DNA from: Planctomycetota bacterium
GTDB lineage: Bacteria > Planctomycetota > GCA-002687715 > DRQF01
Length of the DNA: 35,258 nucleotides
Direction: 5' to 3'
Assembly: GCA_027001995.1 (NCBI GenBank)
Contig: JALTLO010000058.1
Coordinates: 30,202 to 65,459 of the forward strand
The notes beneath the pieces are model-generated. The model saw only the letters and a program-made list of their open reading frames with translations, was not told the origin of the DNA and made no database searches. A program made the position numbers and the translations under genes. Each line of letters starts with the position of its first letter. Position 1 is the stretch's first letter. Shown piece after piece: positions 9,636 through 19,043 of the stretch.

Positions 9636-10448
9636 TCACTCGAATAGTTTTGAATACTCAGGCACAACATCGGCAGTAAATGCCTTCATCCCCTCAATTG
9701 TTTTCTTGTGGCCAACCATGTCCCGGAGGACGCCAAATGGCATGGTTGCCACCTGAGATCCGGCCAGAGCACATTCGCGGACTTGCTGTGGGTTGCGCAG
9801 ACTTGCCGCCAAGACCTTGCAATGATTTAGGTCATGAATGGCAATGATATCGACGCATTGGGACACCAAGTCTACCCCCGACACCACACCGTGGTCATCA
9901 TAGCCTTCTTCGCCCTCTTCTGGGAAGTAGGCGGTTTTATCGAAATCGCCACCGATGGCTCGGCGCAATTCGTCATCAATGCGCCCGGCGAAAGGGCTGA
10001 CGTAGGCTGCCCCGGCTTTGGCCGCCAGAAGCGCCTGCTCTGGTGAAAAAATGAGAGTGGTGTTCACGGGAATCCCTTGATCCGCGAGCTTCTTGATGAC
10101 TTTCAGCCCATCAAAGGCCACTTCACCATCGCCGATCATATCCGGGTTGACGGGAATTTTGACCACCACATTTTCGGCGATGGGATTGAAACGCTCGTAC
10201 AGAAAGAGGCCCTGAGCTAGCATGGCATCTTCTGTGGAGGCGATGACTTCCAAGCTGACGGGGTCGCCATCAGCCACTTTGAGGATTTCTTCGATGTAGC
10301 TCGCCAAGCTCATATCTGAGCCGCTGGCTTTGAGCTTGTCGCAGGCTTTCTTGATGAGTGAAGGGTTTGTAGTCACTCCGTCAGCTATGCCCCAGCTGTA
10401 TGCTTCTCGAATCTCATCAAGATCAGCGGTGTCTAGGAAGAATTCCAT
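9636..10448 (-). CDS. tal: Transaldolase (TalC/FSA short type)
   Basis: FFLDTA, GVTTNPSL, SLEV, VVKIP (Schiff-base Lys), NTTLIFS, YVSPFAGRIDD, LAASLR. The Glu (SLEV) / Phe (SPF) pair is the transaldolase pattern rather than the FSA Gln/Tyr pattern. Confidence 0.92.
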   Translation of the reverse strand: MEFFLDTADLDEIREAYSWGIADGVTTNPSLIKKACDKLKASGSDMSLASYIEEILKVADGDPVSLEVIASTEDAMLAQGLFLYERFNPIAENVVVKIPVNPDMIGDGEVAFDGLKVIKKLADQGIPVNTTLIFSPEQALLAAKAGAAYVSPFAGRIDDELRRAIGGDFDKTAYFPEEGEEGYDDHGVVSGVDLVSQCVDIIAIHDLNHCKVLAASLRNPQQVRECALAGSQVATMPFGVLRDMVGHKKTIEGMKAFTADVVPEYSKLFE

Positions 10449-10568
10449 GGTGGTCACCCTTTTTGTTGCAAAATCCCGGTTTTTCGTGCCACTGGCACAG
10501 ATGTAGGCCCTTATATACCCTGTATGGACAGAATCGACCAGATGACAGAGGCTCCAGGAAATTCATAG

Positions 10569-11360
10569 ATGACAATGGACGAGACAAAACCGCAAATTTG
10601 GAGCCGAGGACTTACTAAAGTCTATGAAGAGGCAAAGGCCGTAGACGCCCTTGATTTGGCGGTTTCGGCTGGTCGAGTGCTTGGTTTGGTGGGCCCCAAT
10701 GGCGCCGGAAAGACCACCGCCATGCGTTGTATGGCCGGGATTATTCCTGCCACCAGTGGTCGGACTGAAATTGGGGGTTTTGCCATCGAAGAGCAGCCGC
10801 TGGCGGCCAAGGCCCTCTTGTCCTTCGTTCCTGACACACCTCATCTCTTCGATTATCTGACCGTGGAAGAGCATCTGCGTTTTTCTGGGCGCATTCACCA
10901 GTTGACCGACATCGAGGAACGTATTGAGCGTCTCTTGGCGGAATTTGAGCTCTTGGACAAGCGCAATCACCTTCCCCAAGCACTTTCACGGGGAATGAAG
11001 CAAAAGGTGGCCATTTGTCTTGGTTTTCTTCACGATCCTATGGCGATGTTCTTGGATGAACCTCTCACTGGGTTGGACCCCCTGGGGATTCGGCGCATGA
11101 AAGACGCCATTCAGAGACGGGCAGAAGAGGGTGGGGCAGCTATCATTGTCTCCTCCCATCAACTAGAGCTTGTTGACGCAATCTGCGACGAAATTTTCAT
11201 TATCGATGGAGGCAAACAGGTGGTGGCGGGGACAGTCGAGCAGATTCGAGCTGATATCCAGGGACTTCCAGAAGACCCGACATTGGAAGACATCTTCTTT
11301 CGGCTCACGGAGAAAGAAGCCACCCAGGAAACACCACCAGAAGAGGCACCAGAACGATGA
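10569..11360 (+). CDS. ABC transporter ATP-binding protein (exporter type)
   Basis: Walker A GPNGAGKTT, signature LSRGMKQK, Walker B MFLDEP, H-loop SSH. Confidence 0.95.
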   Translation: MTMDETKPQIWSRGLTKVYEEAKAVDALDLAVSAGRVLGLVGPNGAGKTTAMRCMAGIIPATSGRTEIGGFAIEEQPLAAKALLSFVPDTPHLFDYLTVEEHLRFSGRIHQLTDIEERIERLLAEFELLDKRNHLPQALSRGMKQKVAICLGFLHDPMAMFLDEPLTGLDPLGIRRMKDAIQRRAEEGGAAIIVSSHQLELVDAICDEIFIIDGGKQVVAGTVEQIRADIQGLPEDPTLEDIFFRLTEKEATQETPPEEAPER

Positions 11361-13093
11361 AGCGCGCGTTTTTCGCTTTTCTGTACTACTTGCGTTGCAC
11401 GGGAAGGAATCGCCTCAAAGCTCTTAAATCGAAATTGAAGAGTCCTCGCTATGTTATTGGTCTCATTTTGGCCTTGGCGTACATCTATTTCTTCTTCTTT
11501 CGCCAACTATTTCATGCGGCGGAATCAGCCACCACATCCCAAAGTCATTTTGGTCATGTGGCTTTGACATTCTTCTATGCCCTCAATTACTACACTGCCT
11601 GGATCTTTGGACCCTTTGGGCGGGGGGTCATCTTTCGGCAATCGGAGATTCAGCAATTGTTTTCAGCGCCATTGCTGCGTCGCGACCTCTTGCTCTTTAA
11701 GTTCATGCAGGCTCAAGGCCCCCTGGTGATTACCGGGCTGATCTTTGGTGCTCTTGCCAATAAGTATGCTTCTCACTCTTACCCGGTGGTTGTTTTCAGT
11801 CTCTACTTGGTGGGTAACTTGGCTCATGTCCATGGCGTGCTCGTGCATCTTATCGTCAAGAAGATAAAAGGCGAAGGCGGAGTTCGGACGATTCTCGCTC
11901 TCATACCAGGTCTTTCGCTTTTGGGTGCTATTGTTTTGGGTGCTTGGCGTGGCATGCAGATTGTCAATACTGATGGCTCAAGGCCCAGCTTTACCCAAGT
12001 TATGGAATCGCCTTTGCTCGCCGCTGTGATTCGACCTTTGACGATTCAAGCTGACTATATCTTGTCCGTGGGTGGCTTGAACTTTGTCTTGGCCAGTGTC
12101 GGTATCGTCGGAATCATCGGTTTGTTTGCTGCTATTGTCGTTCGCTTCGACCAGAGGTTCGAAGACAATGCAATCAAGGTGGCCGCCGCTATTGCGACGG
12201 TGAAGAAAGATGGTTTGGGAGGTCTTCGCAAGAAGGAAAAACTGATCGTCAAAGGGAGTTCTAAGAGTTTTCCGCGATTGGCAACCACTGGCCCAGTTTG
12301 GCGGGCCATTGTGTGGAAGAACGTTGTGAGCATCGGGCGTCTGCAAAAGAAGGCATTTCGCATCTTGATGTTTGTCCTCATGATTGCCTTCTTTGTTGCA
12401 TCGGCCATTGGTGACGAAGTGGCAGACGCCAAGGTGGGGGCAATTCTCGGTTTTGTGTCTCTTGGAATTGCAGCCTATGCCTCTTTGTTGGGGCCAGCTC
12501 TCCTGCGGGTTGATCTGCGCATTGACATCCCCCATTTCGATGTGCTGAAATCCCTGCCTATTCGTGGGCGCGAACTCCTCTTAGGGGAGGTGATGGGGCC
12601 TGCATTGGTCATCGCTGCTGCTCAGTGGTGCCTGTCCTTAGTGGGGGTCTTGGCCCTTCCCGCCGAAATTGGCGATGAGACCATATCTTTCGAAATGAGG
12701 GCAGCGATCATGGCCACTGCTGTGCCCGGGTTTTTCGCGATCGCCTTTGCCCTTTTCTCTCTCGAAAACCTGTTTGCCCTCTATCTGCCAAGTTTTGCCA
12801 GGCTTGGACGAGGCATGAAGGCTGGATTCGATCAATTCGGTCAGAATCTCATGGGTGCCATTATCCGTGCCCTGGCGGTCGTCATTATGGTCATTCCAGC
12901 AGGCCTGATTGGTGCTCTGCTGGTCTGGATTCAAGTGTCTGCCTTGGGCTGGCCCAATCTCCTGGTCGTACCTTTGACCACTTGGCTCTGTGCTTTCCTG
13001 ATTGTTGGGGAGTGCTACTTGCTGCTCGGCATGGCTGAAGAACGCTACGAGAACTTCGATCTCAGTGCTGAATCCTTGACGGTTGAGACATGA
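11357..13093 (+). CDS. Putative ABC exporter permease (multi-pass membrane protein)
   Basis: Many hydrophobic segments, LFSAPL and LKSLPI motifs typical of ABC-2-like permease halves, and an ATGA overlap with the ATPase. Confidence 0.8.
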   Translation: MKRAFFAFLYYLRCTGRNRLKALKSKLKSPRYVIGLILALAYIYFFFFRQLFHAAESATTSQSHFGHVALTFFYALNYYTAWIFGPFGRGVIFRQSEIQQLFSAPLLRRDLLLFKFMQAQGPLVITGLIFGALANKYASHSYPVVVFSLYLVGNLAHVHGVLVHLIVKKIKGEGGVRTILALIPGLSLLGAIVLGAWRGMQIVNTDGSRPSFTQVMESPLLAAVIRPLTIQADYILSVGGLNFVLASVGIVGIIGLFAAIVVRFDQRFEDNAIKVAAAIATVKKDGLGGLRKKEKLIVKGSSKSFPRLATTGPVWRAIVWKNVVSIGRLQKKAFRILMFVLMIAFFVASAIGDEVADAKVGAILGFVSLGIAAYASLLGPALLRVDLRIDIPHFDVLKSLPIRGRELLLGEVMGPALVIAAAQWCLSLVGVLALPAEIGDETISFEMRAAIMATAVPGFFAIAFALFSLENLFALYLPSFARLGRGMKAGFDQFGQNLMGAIIRALAVVIMVIPAGLIGALLVWIQVSALGWPNLLVVPLTTWLCAFLIVGECYLLLGMAEERYENFDLSAESLTVET

Positions 13094-13827
13094 GCCCACT
13101 CCACTATGGCTTGATCATGGCTGCTGGAATCGTGGCGGGGTTTTGCAATACCATCGCTGGGGGCGGGTCGATGTTGGTGGTGCCTTTGGTCATCTTTCTT
13201 GGGTTTCCAGGCACTGTGGCCAACGCCAGTTTGAGGCCAGCAATCTTGGTTCAGAACATGCTCGCCTTGATGGGCTTCCGCAAAGGTCGCGTTTTGGATG
13301 GAGCTCTTCTGAAAAGGCTTTGGCTTCCAGTGCTCTTGGCTGTTCCCGCTGCCATCCTGGGGGCAACCATGGTGGTGGAGCGGGTAGATGACAGCACCTT
13401 TGAGCGCATCTTGGCCATTTCGTTTGTTGGGTTGGCCATTTTTATGGTTTTGTGGCGGCCTCATACTGTTGACAGAAGTCGGCCTTTCTTGGCTGGGATT
13501 CTTGCCATCGCTGCCGGCTTCTACGGTGGGTTCATTCAGGCGGGGGTTGGATTCATCTTGGTGTCTGCTTTGTTATTGGGTGACCGTTGGAGGATGGCCG
13601 AAGCCCATGCTGCCAAGATGGTGATCGTAGGGCTGTATACCATTTGTGTCTTGCCGGTGTTCATCATGTCCGGACAGATCGATTGGATGTTGGCCATCTG
13701 CTTGAGTGGTGGACAAGGCATAGGGGCCGTCTTAGGCAGCCGATTTGCCACCCAGGGGAAGGACGAACTCCTCCGTCGTATCTACATCATTATGATGATC
13801 CTCTTTGCTGTCTTGCTATTTGTCTGA
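13090..13827 (+). CDS. Sulfite exporter TauE/SafE (TSUP) family membrane protein
   Basis: AGFCNTIAGGGSM and GFYGGFIQAGVG motifs, hydrophobic throughout, ATGA overlap with the permease. Confidence 0.9.
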   Translation: MSPLHYGLIMAAGIVAGFCNTIAGGGSMLVVPLVIFLGFPGTVANASLRPAILVQNMLALMGFRKGRVLDGALLKRLWLPVLLAVPAAILGATMVVERVDDSTFERILAISFVGLAIFMVLWRPHTVDRSRPFLAGILAIAAGFYGGFIQAGVGFILVSALLLGDRWRMAEAHAAKMVIVGLYTICVLPVFIMSGQIDWMLAICLSGGQGIGAVLGSRFATQGKDELLRRIYIIMMILFAVLLFV

Positions 13828-13848
13828 TGGGGTAAGCGACAAGCAGGT

Positions 13849-13974
13849 CTAAAGTGCGGCCAATTTTCGCATTATGTTGGCCAAGGGAAGAACCGTGATT
13901 TCCGGCTTCATGGTGTATTCATCTTCTCCAGTGTAAATGGCCCACTTCTTCGCAGGACTTAAGTCGTCGATCGA
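13849..13974 (-). pseudogene. C-terminal remnant of an AAA_14/DUF4143 ATP-binding protein
   Basis: SIDDLSPAKKWAIYTGEDEYTMKPEITVLPLANIMRKLAAL* resembles DUF4143 C-termini as I recall them (xxDL...W/F-V-I-Y-x-G...Y...I.VLPL). Confidence 0.55.
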
Positions 13975-14110
13975 AACTCGATCCTGTTCCGTCCGATTCT
14001 CTCTGCGCGACGAGATCGTACTTGCTGTTCCAAAATCTGCGATGTAGACCCACCTACTGCGCCGTTTACGGGAACTTGGAATACAGGGATCAGTGGCATG
14101 GCGCAACAAG

Positions 14111-14138
14111 CGCGCCAATGCTCTGGTGCATTGGCGCG
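14111..14138 (-). terminator. Possible terminator or stabilising hairpin after the beta-helix gene
   Basis: 11-bp perfect inverted repeat CGCGCCAATGC-tctggt-GCATTGGCGCG about 25 nt after the stop at 14163. The U-tract is weak (CTTGTT). Confidence 0.45.
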
Positions 14139-14162
14139 TCAGGAGAGTAAGAAGTGGCGAGT

Positions 14163-15977
14163 TTACTTGGTTTCGTAGATCACCATGTTTGTTGGCACGT
14201 AGACTCCTGGTGATTCTTCGATGACACCCTGGAAGGTGAGTTGCAGTGGGAAGAAGATCGGAGGAAAGGGTGAGGATGTCCAGGACGTCGGGGTTGATGG
14301 GACCAATTGGGGACAGAAGGCTCCTAAATTGTTGGTGAGTGTGAAGAGAGCGGGGTGGGTTGGTAGTAGCGGGCAAGGCGCAAAGGTCATTTTGCCAATG
14401 CCCAATGGCACAGTTGTGATGCTTGCTGGTGTCGCTTCTCCAATCAAGCCGAAAATGGCGAATCCCACAGGGTTGGGCAAGCTTGGCGGTTGGGTCATGC
14501 TCATGCTCGATGATGTCCCTAATGGTATGGTCACCGTTCGCATGCTGTCGCCAGCCGAACCGTTGATGAGCACGACGTCAAACGGCCCGCCAGCGCTTTC
14601 TCCAACTCGCCCCCTGGAAGCATCGGAATAAGCGATGTGCCCTGCTTCATAGCAGCCCATGTCAACTTCCCCCAGTTGCACCCGAGGGTTTCCATCTAAG
14701 TCCAGAAAGATCCCAGGAAAGACAACAGGTGGCGTTAACCCAACCCTTGTGCCACCATTCACGCCCAAGGACCCCGGCATCAAATGAAAATCATCGTTGG
14801 TCGGATCGACAAAATTCGGACGGGGGCTTATGGGTGCATTGGCTGCAGTTTCAACAATAGAAGCCCGATAGACAACCGGCGTCCCGGCCGTGGCATAAAT
14901 GCTGTCAACGGCATTGCCGCTGCTGTCAGTGTTGTCAATGAAAATGCTATTCTCGACTTGTAGGACATCGGCGGGGGTAGGATTGGAAGAACCGAAAGTC
15001 ATTACGCCAAAAGGTGAAGCACCTAACTGATTGTTGGCGAATGTGCAGTTTCTAGTTGTTCGAGGCCCTGCGCCATAGCCCAAAATCATGCCGCCTCCGG
15101 TGTTGTTGGCGAAGAGACAATTTTCAAAAGTCGATGGGGAAACGGCCCCAGCCCAAATAACCGAAGCACTAGGTGACTGGGATTGGCCCCCAATGAAGGA
15201 GCAATTACGCACTACCAGATTGGGAGGGATCGTTCCCCCGTTAGGATTATTGTAATGGATCCCGGTAATACCCCAAGTCGTGTTGTTAAGAAAGCGGCAA
15301 CCAACGAACTCAGCGGCGCTTGCTGAGATTAAGACAGTGGCTCCCCCAACCGACGTGTGGTTTTCAATTGTGCAATCTATGAATTTCGTGTTAGTCGCTC
15401 CTGCTTCTGTGAAAATTGCCACAGAATTTGAGCCCGGGTCGATCACCGTATTGTTGCGAATCCGACATCCTTCAAAAACCACGTTACCGCCCCAACGGAT
15501 ATAGATTCCCGCCGCACGGTAGGCTATGTTCTGGGCAATCTCACAGTTCCTGAAAACTGGTGAGATGAGAGGGGCGTTCGCATAAAGAGAGCGGATAAAA
15601 ATGCCACCACCAAGCCTGAAGAATGAAGCCCCAATGAGTGCTAAATCCCCAGATCCTTGCTTAAATGTGAAGCCGTCGATCACCATCCCGTTGGTCACAG
15701 GCCCCTGAGTGAAATTCACGCAAGACCCTGTGTTATTGCCGTCAACTACAGTTAGTCCTATCCCTGCCCCTATAAGCTGAAAGTCACGGGCCGGAAAGAT
15801 AAGATTTTCAACGTAGGTCCCTGGGGCAACGATGACAATGTCACCTTGAGCGGTGGCGTTGATGGCAGATTGAATTGTTGGATAAGAGGCACTGGGAACG
15901 TTCAATGTTGATTGCCCAACCACCTGAGTGCAACACAGCAGAACAAACCCAACCATCAAGATAAAGTTACGTTTCAT
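14163..15977 (-). CDS. Secreted right-handed parallel beta-helix (pectin-lyase-like) protein with a choice-of-anchor-Q-like segment and C-terminal domain
   Basis: Signal peptide MKRNFILMVGFVLLCC (AGGAGA RBS, ATGA overlap). YPTIQSAI, VAPGTYVEN, repeated NC.F.NN, DFHLMPGSLGVNGG, DLDGNPRV...VDMGCYE. Confidence 0.88.
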   Translation of the reverse strand: MKRNFILMVGFVLLCCTQVVGQSTLNVPSASYPTIQSAINATAQGDIVIVAPGTYVENLIFPARDFQLIGAGIGLTVVDGNNTGSCVNFTQGPVTNGMVIDGFTFKQGSGDLALIGASFFRLGGGIFIRSLYANAPLISPVFRNCEIAQNIAYRAAGIYIRWGGNVVFEGCRIRNNTVIDPGSNSVAIFTEAGATNTKFIDCTIENHTSVGGATVLISASAAEFVGCRFLNNTTWGITGIHYNNPNGGTIPPNLVVRNCSFIGGQSQSPSASVIWAGAVSPSTFENCLFANNTGGGMILGYGAGPRTTRNCTFANNQLGASPFGVMTFGSSNPTPADVLQVENSIFIDNTDSSGNAVDSIYATAGTPVVYRASIVETAANAPISPRPNFVDPTNDDFHLMPGSLGVNGGTRVGLTPPVVFPGIFLDLDGNPRVQLGEVDMGCYEAGHIAYSDASRGRVGESAGGPFDVVLINGSAGDSMRTVTIPLGTSSSMSMTQPPSLPNPVGFAIFGLIGEATPASITTVPLGIGKMTFAPCPLLPTHPALFTLTNNLGAFCPQLVPSTPTSWTSSPFPPIFFPLQLTFQGVIEESPGVYVPTNMVIYETK

Positions 15978-16846
15978 CGAATCTCTCCTATCGTGATAGC
16001 ATCCAGAGTATGTTTGTGTATCCCGGCTCTCCGACCATGAGGCCGTCGAAAGCATCCGTTGGTTGACGCCCCAAAATCGAAATCGTTCGGGGACACCAAG
16101 TGGTAGGACTCACTCTGATGACGCCCGGGCGCCCCAAAAGGAATTTTCCTCAGGTTGCTCGGAATGTCCATATGGCTCTGGCACCCGGTGTAGTGAGTCA
16201 AAACCAAGCTGGCTGTGAAGTTCTGAGGCAATGGTGTCGTACCATTGATATAGGACTGGCAGCTTAGGTCGATATAACCATTCATCATGACTTGAGTGAA
16301 ATTCGATTGGCAAGGAGGCACCTGTGTCGGCTGACTACCTCCAAGAAAGTTTGCATCGCCAGCGATGAGAAATCGATAGAACTGACGATCATAGCCTTCG
16401 ACATCGGCCGCCCGCCAAGTACGAACGTACTTGCCTAGAAGCCAGTCAACTCTGTCCTGCGATATTAGGCTGTTTCCAATGGTAAATGATAGAGCGCTTC
16501 CTGGGTCAGTCGATGTCGCAGTGATTTGAAACAAGACATCATCACAGACAATCATCCCGAAGAGGTTTCCAGGGAAATTCGTAGGGTTCGTTGCCATTTT
16601 GATATTGATGGTCATTTCTTCTTCCACCACCGTCCCACAGTCGGCGATGTAGGCCCACTGTGCCGTTTGCGTAAGACCTGTGTTTGGGTCGATTACGGGG
16701 ATCTGGAATGCAGGCATCGGTGGCGTCGTGCAGCAAGCATTTACGCCATATTGATCGTCACCCCTTGGTGGGCAAGTGGCGACTTGAGCAACCATCCAAT
16801 TTGGAGATAAAAGTACCAACAACGAACATAGCGTAATCCATTTCAT
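15974..16846 (-). CDS. Secreted Cys-containing hypothetical protein
   Basis: Signal peptide MKWITLCSLLVLLSP with GGAG/AGGA upstream, several Cys including CC, and translational coupling to the next gene. Confidence 0.7.
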   Translation of the reverse strand: MKWITLCSLLVLLSPNWMVAQVATCPPRGDDQYGVNACCTTPPMPAFQIPVIDPNTGLTQTAQWAYIADCGTVVEEEMTINIKMATNPTNFPGNLFGMIVCDDVLFQITATSTDPGSALSFTIGNSLISQDRVDWLLGKYVRTWRAADVEGYDRQFYRFLIAGDANFLGGSQPTQVPPCQSNFTQVMMNGYIDLSCQSYINGTTPLPQNFTASLVLTHYTGCQSHMDIPSNLRKIPFGAPGRHQSESYHLVSPNDFDFGASTNGCFRRPHGRRAGIHKHTLDAITIGEIR

Positions 16847-17387
16847 TTTCCTAACTCTCCAAGTTATTGGAGGAAAATCGTCATCAAGAGCACATGAATT
16901 CCTTGAGGGTCACCCCATTTGAAATTCAGGCAATCCGACTGGATCTTCACTCGCAAGTTTTCTTGGAGCCCCAACAAATCGCTGCTATCAAAGTAGTGTT
17001 AGAAAAGAAAAGCACCGCAATGAGCTTCTTTCCTCATCTCTTTGAACGACGACAAGCCTATTGGCAGACAAGAAACGTTCAGAAACAATGTAAGGTTTCG
17101 CCGATGTTTCTTGTTGCCCAATCTTTGCCCCTGCATGAAATCAACGGAAGGGGCTTTTGTCAACTAAATTGTGAGAAAAGTACACCCATAGACTGATCTA
17201 TTTGCGAAACCGCAAATTTCGCGTCGAGATTTTATTTTCGAATCGAATTGCGTTTTTCGATTGGCAATCGACCTCCGTGAACGATTCGGATCAACCAAGT
17301 TAATGCCGATTGTCCGAGATCACGCCCATGTGTACGGACGTTCTCTGTTCCTTGTCATTTTCCTTGGTTGTAGTGGGCTCCTTGGCG

Positions 17388-17900
17388 CTACGGACTGACG
17401 GCAAGTTGGGCGAATAGGTGCTTGAGCCCAAATGACTTTGGCATGTGCATCACAATACGCCTAGTTGACTCAACGAATCGTGCGCTGATCTTCAATAGTC
17501 GCCAGCGAATGCTGGGGACAGTTGCTCTTTGCCATTGAGTGCCTTTGGCGTCAGCTCTTAGTTCTTGCATTAAGACGAAGGCCATCGCGGTCGTGGTTAG
17601 ACGCATTTGATTGGCATCAAATGCGTTGCAGCTTGTGCTTCCGGACTCCAAGTCGATCTTCATCTCCTTGACCCGGTTTTCGCAATCTTCTCGTTCACAG
17701 TAGAGAGCGTAGATATTCCTTGGCACCAGCCTAAGATTGGTGACGATAAAATGCGGATTGTCCCGTGGCTCGCGATCTTTGTTTCGGGTGACTTCTGCTT
17801 TGACCACAATGCGGCGTTTTTTCTTTTTCCAGCTCTTGGCCGAATACTAAAACTCGTCAAAGAGCTTTTCGCTTTCGCCACTCTTCTTGCTCAGTCGCCG
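17388..17900 (-). pseudogene. IS1380-family transposase C-terminal remnant with an in-frame stop
   Basis: SGESEKLFDEF*YSAKSWKKKKRRIVVKAE...NPHFIVTNL...YCEREDCENRVKEMK...SCNAFDANQMRL...RWRLLKISAR. TAG at 17847-17849. N-terminal part missing and no IR recognised. Confidence 0.85.
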
Positions 17901-18026
17901 CTGATCTCTTGAGCAAGAGCCGTTTTGCCAACCAACTTGACGAGGGCCAAAAAAGACTACGGCAGGCACATGCTTGAGGGAGAATTCTACCGGTTCCTTG
18001 GGGCCAGGACTGATTTTCCTCGTGAT
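17900..18026 (-). pseudogene. N-terminal remnant of an AAA_14/DUF4143 ATP-binding protein, frameshifted
   Basis: ITRKISP...SLKHVPAVVFFGPRQVG/KTALAQEIS. Walker A GPRQVGKT is restored by removing one copy of the CCAA duplication at 17928-17935. Confidence 0.7.
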
Positions 18027-18083
18027 TTGACCGCCTGGTGGTAGATTTACAAGGATAAATGGCTCCGGAAAGGGTCGACCGAC

Positions 18084-19043
18084 CTATTCTTTGGTTTTTG
18101 GTCCAGTCGGCCAGATTTTGGACGCTCCGTCAGATCGGCCGAAAGCTGGTGCCCCGGATCGGGGATCGCAATCGTGGCCGTCAATAATTTCGGGAAGGCG
18201 AAGAGTGTTCCTGTTTTCTATCTTGGCGACTTGATCCAATAGGGTGACCAATCCTTGACGGACGTCTGGGGCCAAGGCGAGAGAATCCTGGTTGGCGAAT
18301 TTCTGGATAAATTCATCCATGGCACCATGATCCCAGCATCCGACTCGTTCTCGTGTTTCTCCGGGATTGTCGAATCCGTATTGAAGAGAGTCCTGGAAAT
18401 CTTGGCAGAGCGCTTTCGCTTGAGTCAGTGGGATTCTCTTGTGGATCACATTGAGCCCTACGGGGAGGGGGAGGTTTTGGTCGTGGCACCAGCGGGCACC
18501 CAAACATTCCTTGATCGAGATGCGCTCATGTTCAGGCCGCGTCAACAAGAGTTGTTCGTGGATAAGAACTGCTCCGTCCAATTCTCCTTGAGCGACAAGA
18601 TCGCGCATTTCTAGATGGCAGCATTCAACTGGGATCGCATGGGGATAATACCACTTGAGCAGGAAGGCTCCGGTCGTTCCTTCTGCGGCAATGCCAACAC
18701 GGCGGTCAGCAAGGTCGTCATCCTCCAAGCCCTGGGCGACGGCGAGGCGGGGCCCATAACCTCGGCCAACACTGGTGCCACAGGTCAAGATGCGGTACGA
18801 GTCGAAAACTCGTGGAAAGAATGCTGCGCTGATGGCGGTGATGTCGTAGACGCCATCGAGAGCATCACGATTTAGTTGGGCAATGTGGCCAGTATGGAAA
18901 TTGATTATTGCCGAGTTTGCTGGGGTGATAGTTCCATGGGCTAGGGCCGAAAAATAAAAGGCGTCATCTGTGTCAGGCGTGTGTGCCACGGAATAGGTTA
19001 TACGCTTGGGCGGCATGTCATTGCTGGGGCAGGATGGGGTCAT
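18084..19043 (-). CDS. MqnD-like (MqnA/MqnD/substrate-binding-protein fold) protein
   Basis: VAHTPDTDDAFYF, LNRDALDGVYDITAISA, GTSVGRGYGP, TTGAFLL, GAVLIHE, LPLPVGLNVI. Alternative start at 19016. Confidence 0.85.
   Translation of the reverse strand: MTPSCPSNDMPPKRITYSVAHTPDTDDAFYFSALAHGTITPANSAIINFHTGHIAQLNRDALDGVYDITAISAAFFPRVFDSYRILTCGTSVGRGYGPRLAVAQGLEDDDLADRRVGIAAEGTTGAFLLKWYYPHAIPVECCHLEMRDLVAQGELDGAVLIHEQLLLTRPEHERISIKECLGARWCHDQNLPLPVGLNVIHKRIPLTQAKALCQDFQDSLQYGFDNPGETRERVGCWDHGAMDEFIQKFANQDSLALAPDVRQGLVTLLDQVAKIENRNTLRLPEIIDGHDCDPRSGAPAFGRSDGASKIWPTGPKTKE

Noticed and set aside
13849..14376. 175-aa ORF as a real gene
   Set aside because: The first third overlaps the beta-helix gene in another frame, and only the last ~41 aa look protein-like (DUF4143 remnant).
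16850..17385. AT-rich intergenic stretch as ncRNA, CRISPR leader or IS end
   Set aside because: I found no direct-repeat array, recognisable RNA motif or IS1380 inverted repeat. It is probably promoter DNA plus IS residue.
17847..17849. In-frame TAG in the IS1380 remnant as pyrrolysine or programmed read-through
   Set aside because: The element is truncated and decayed, so an ordinary nonsense mutation is sufficient.
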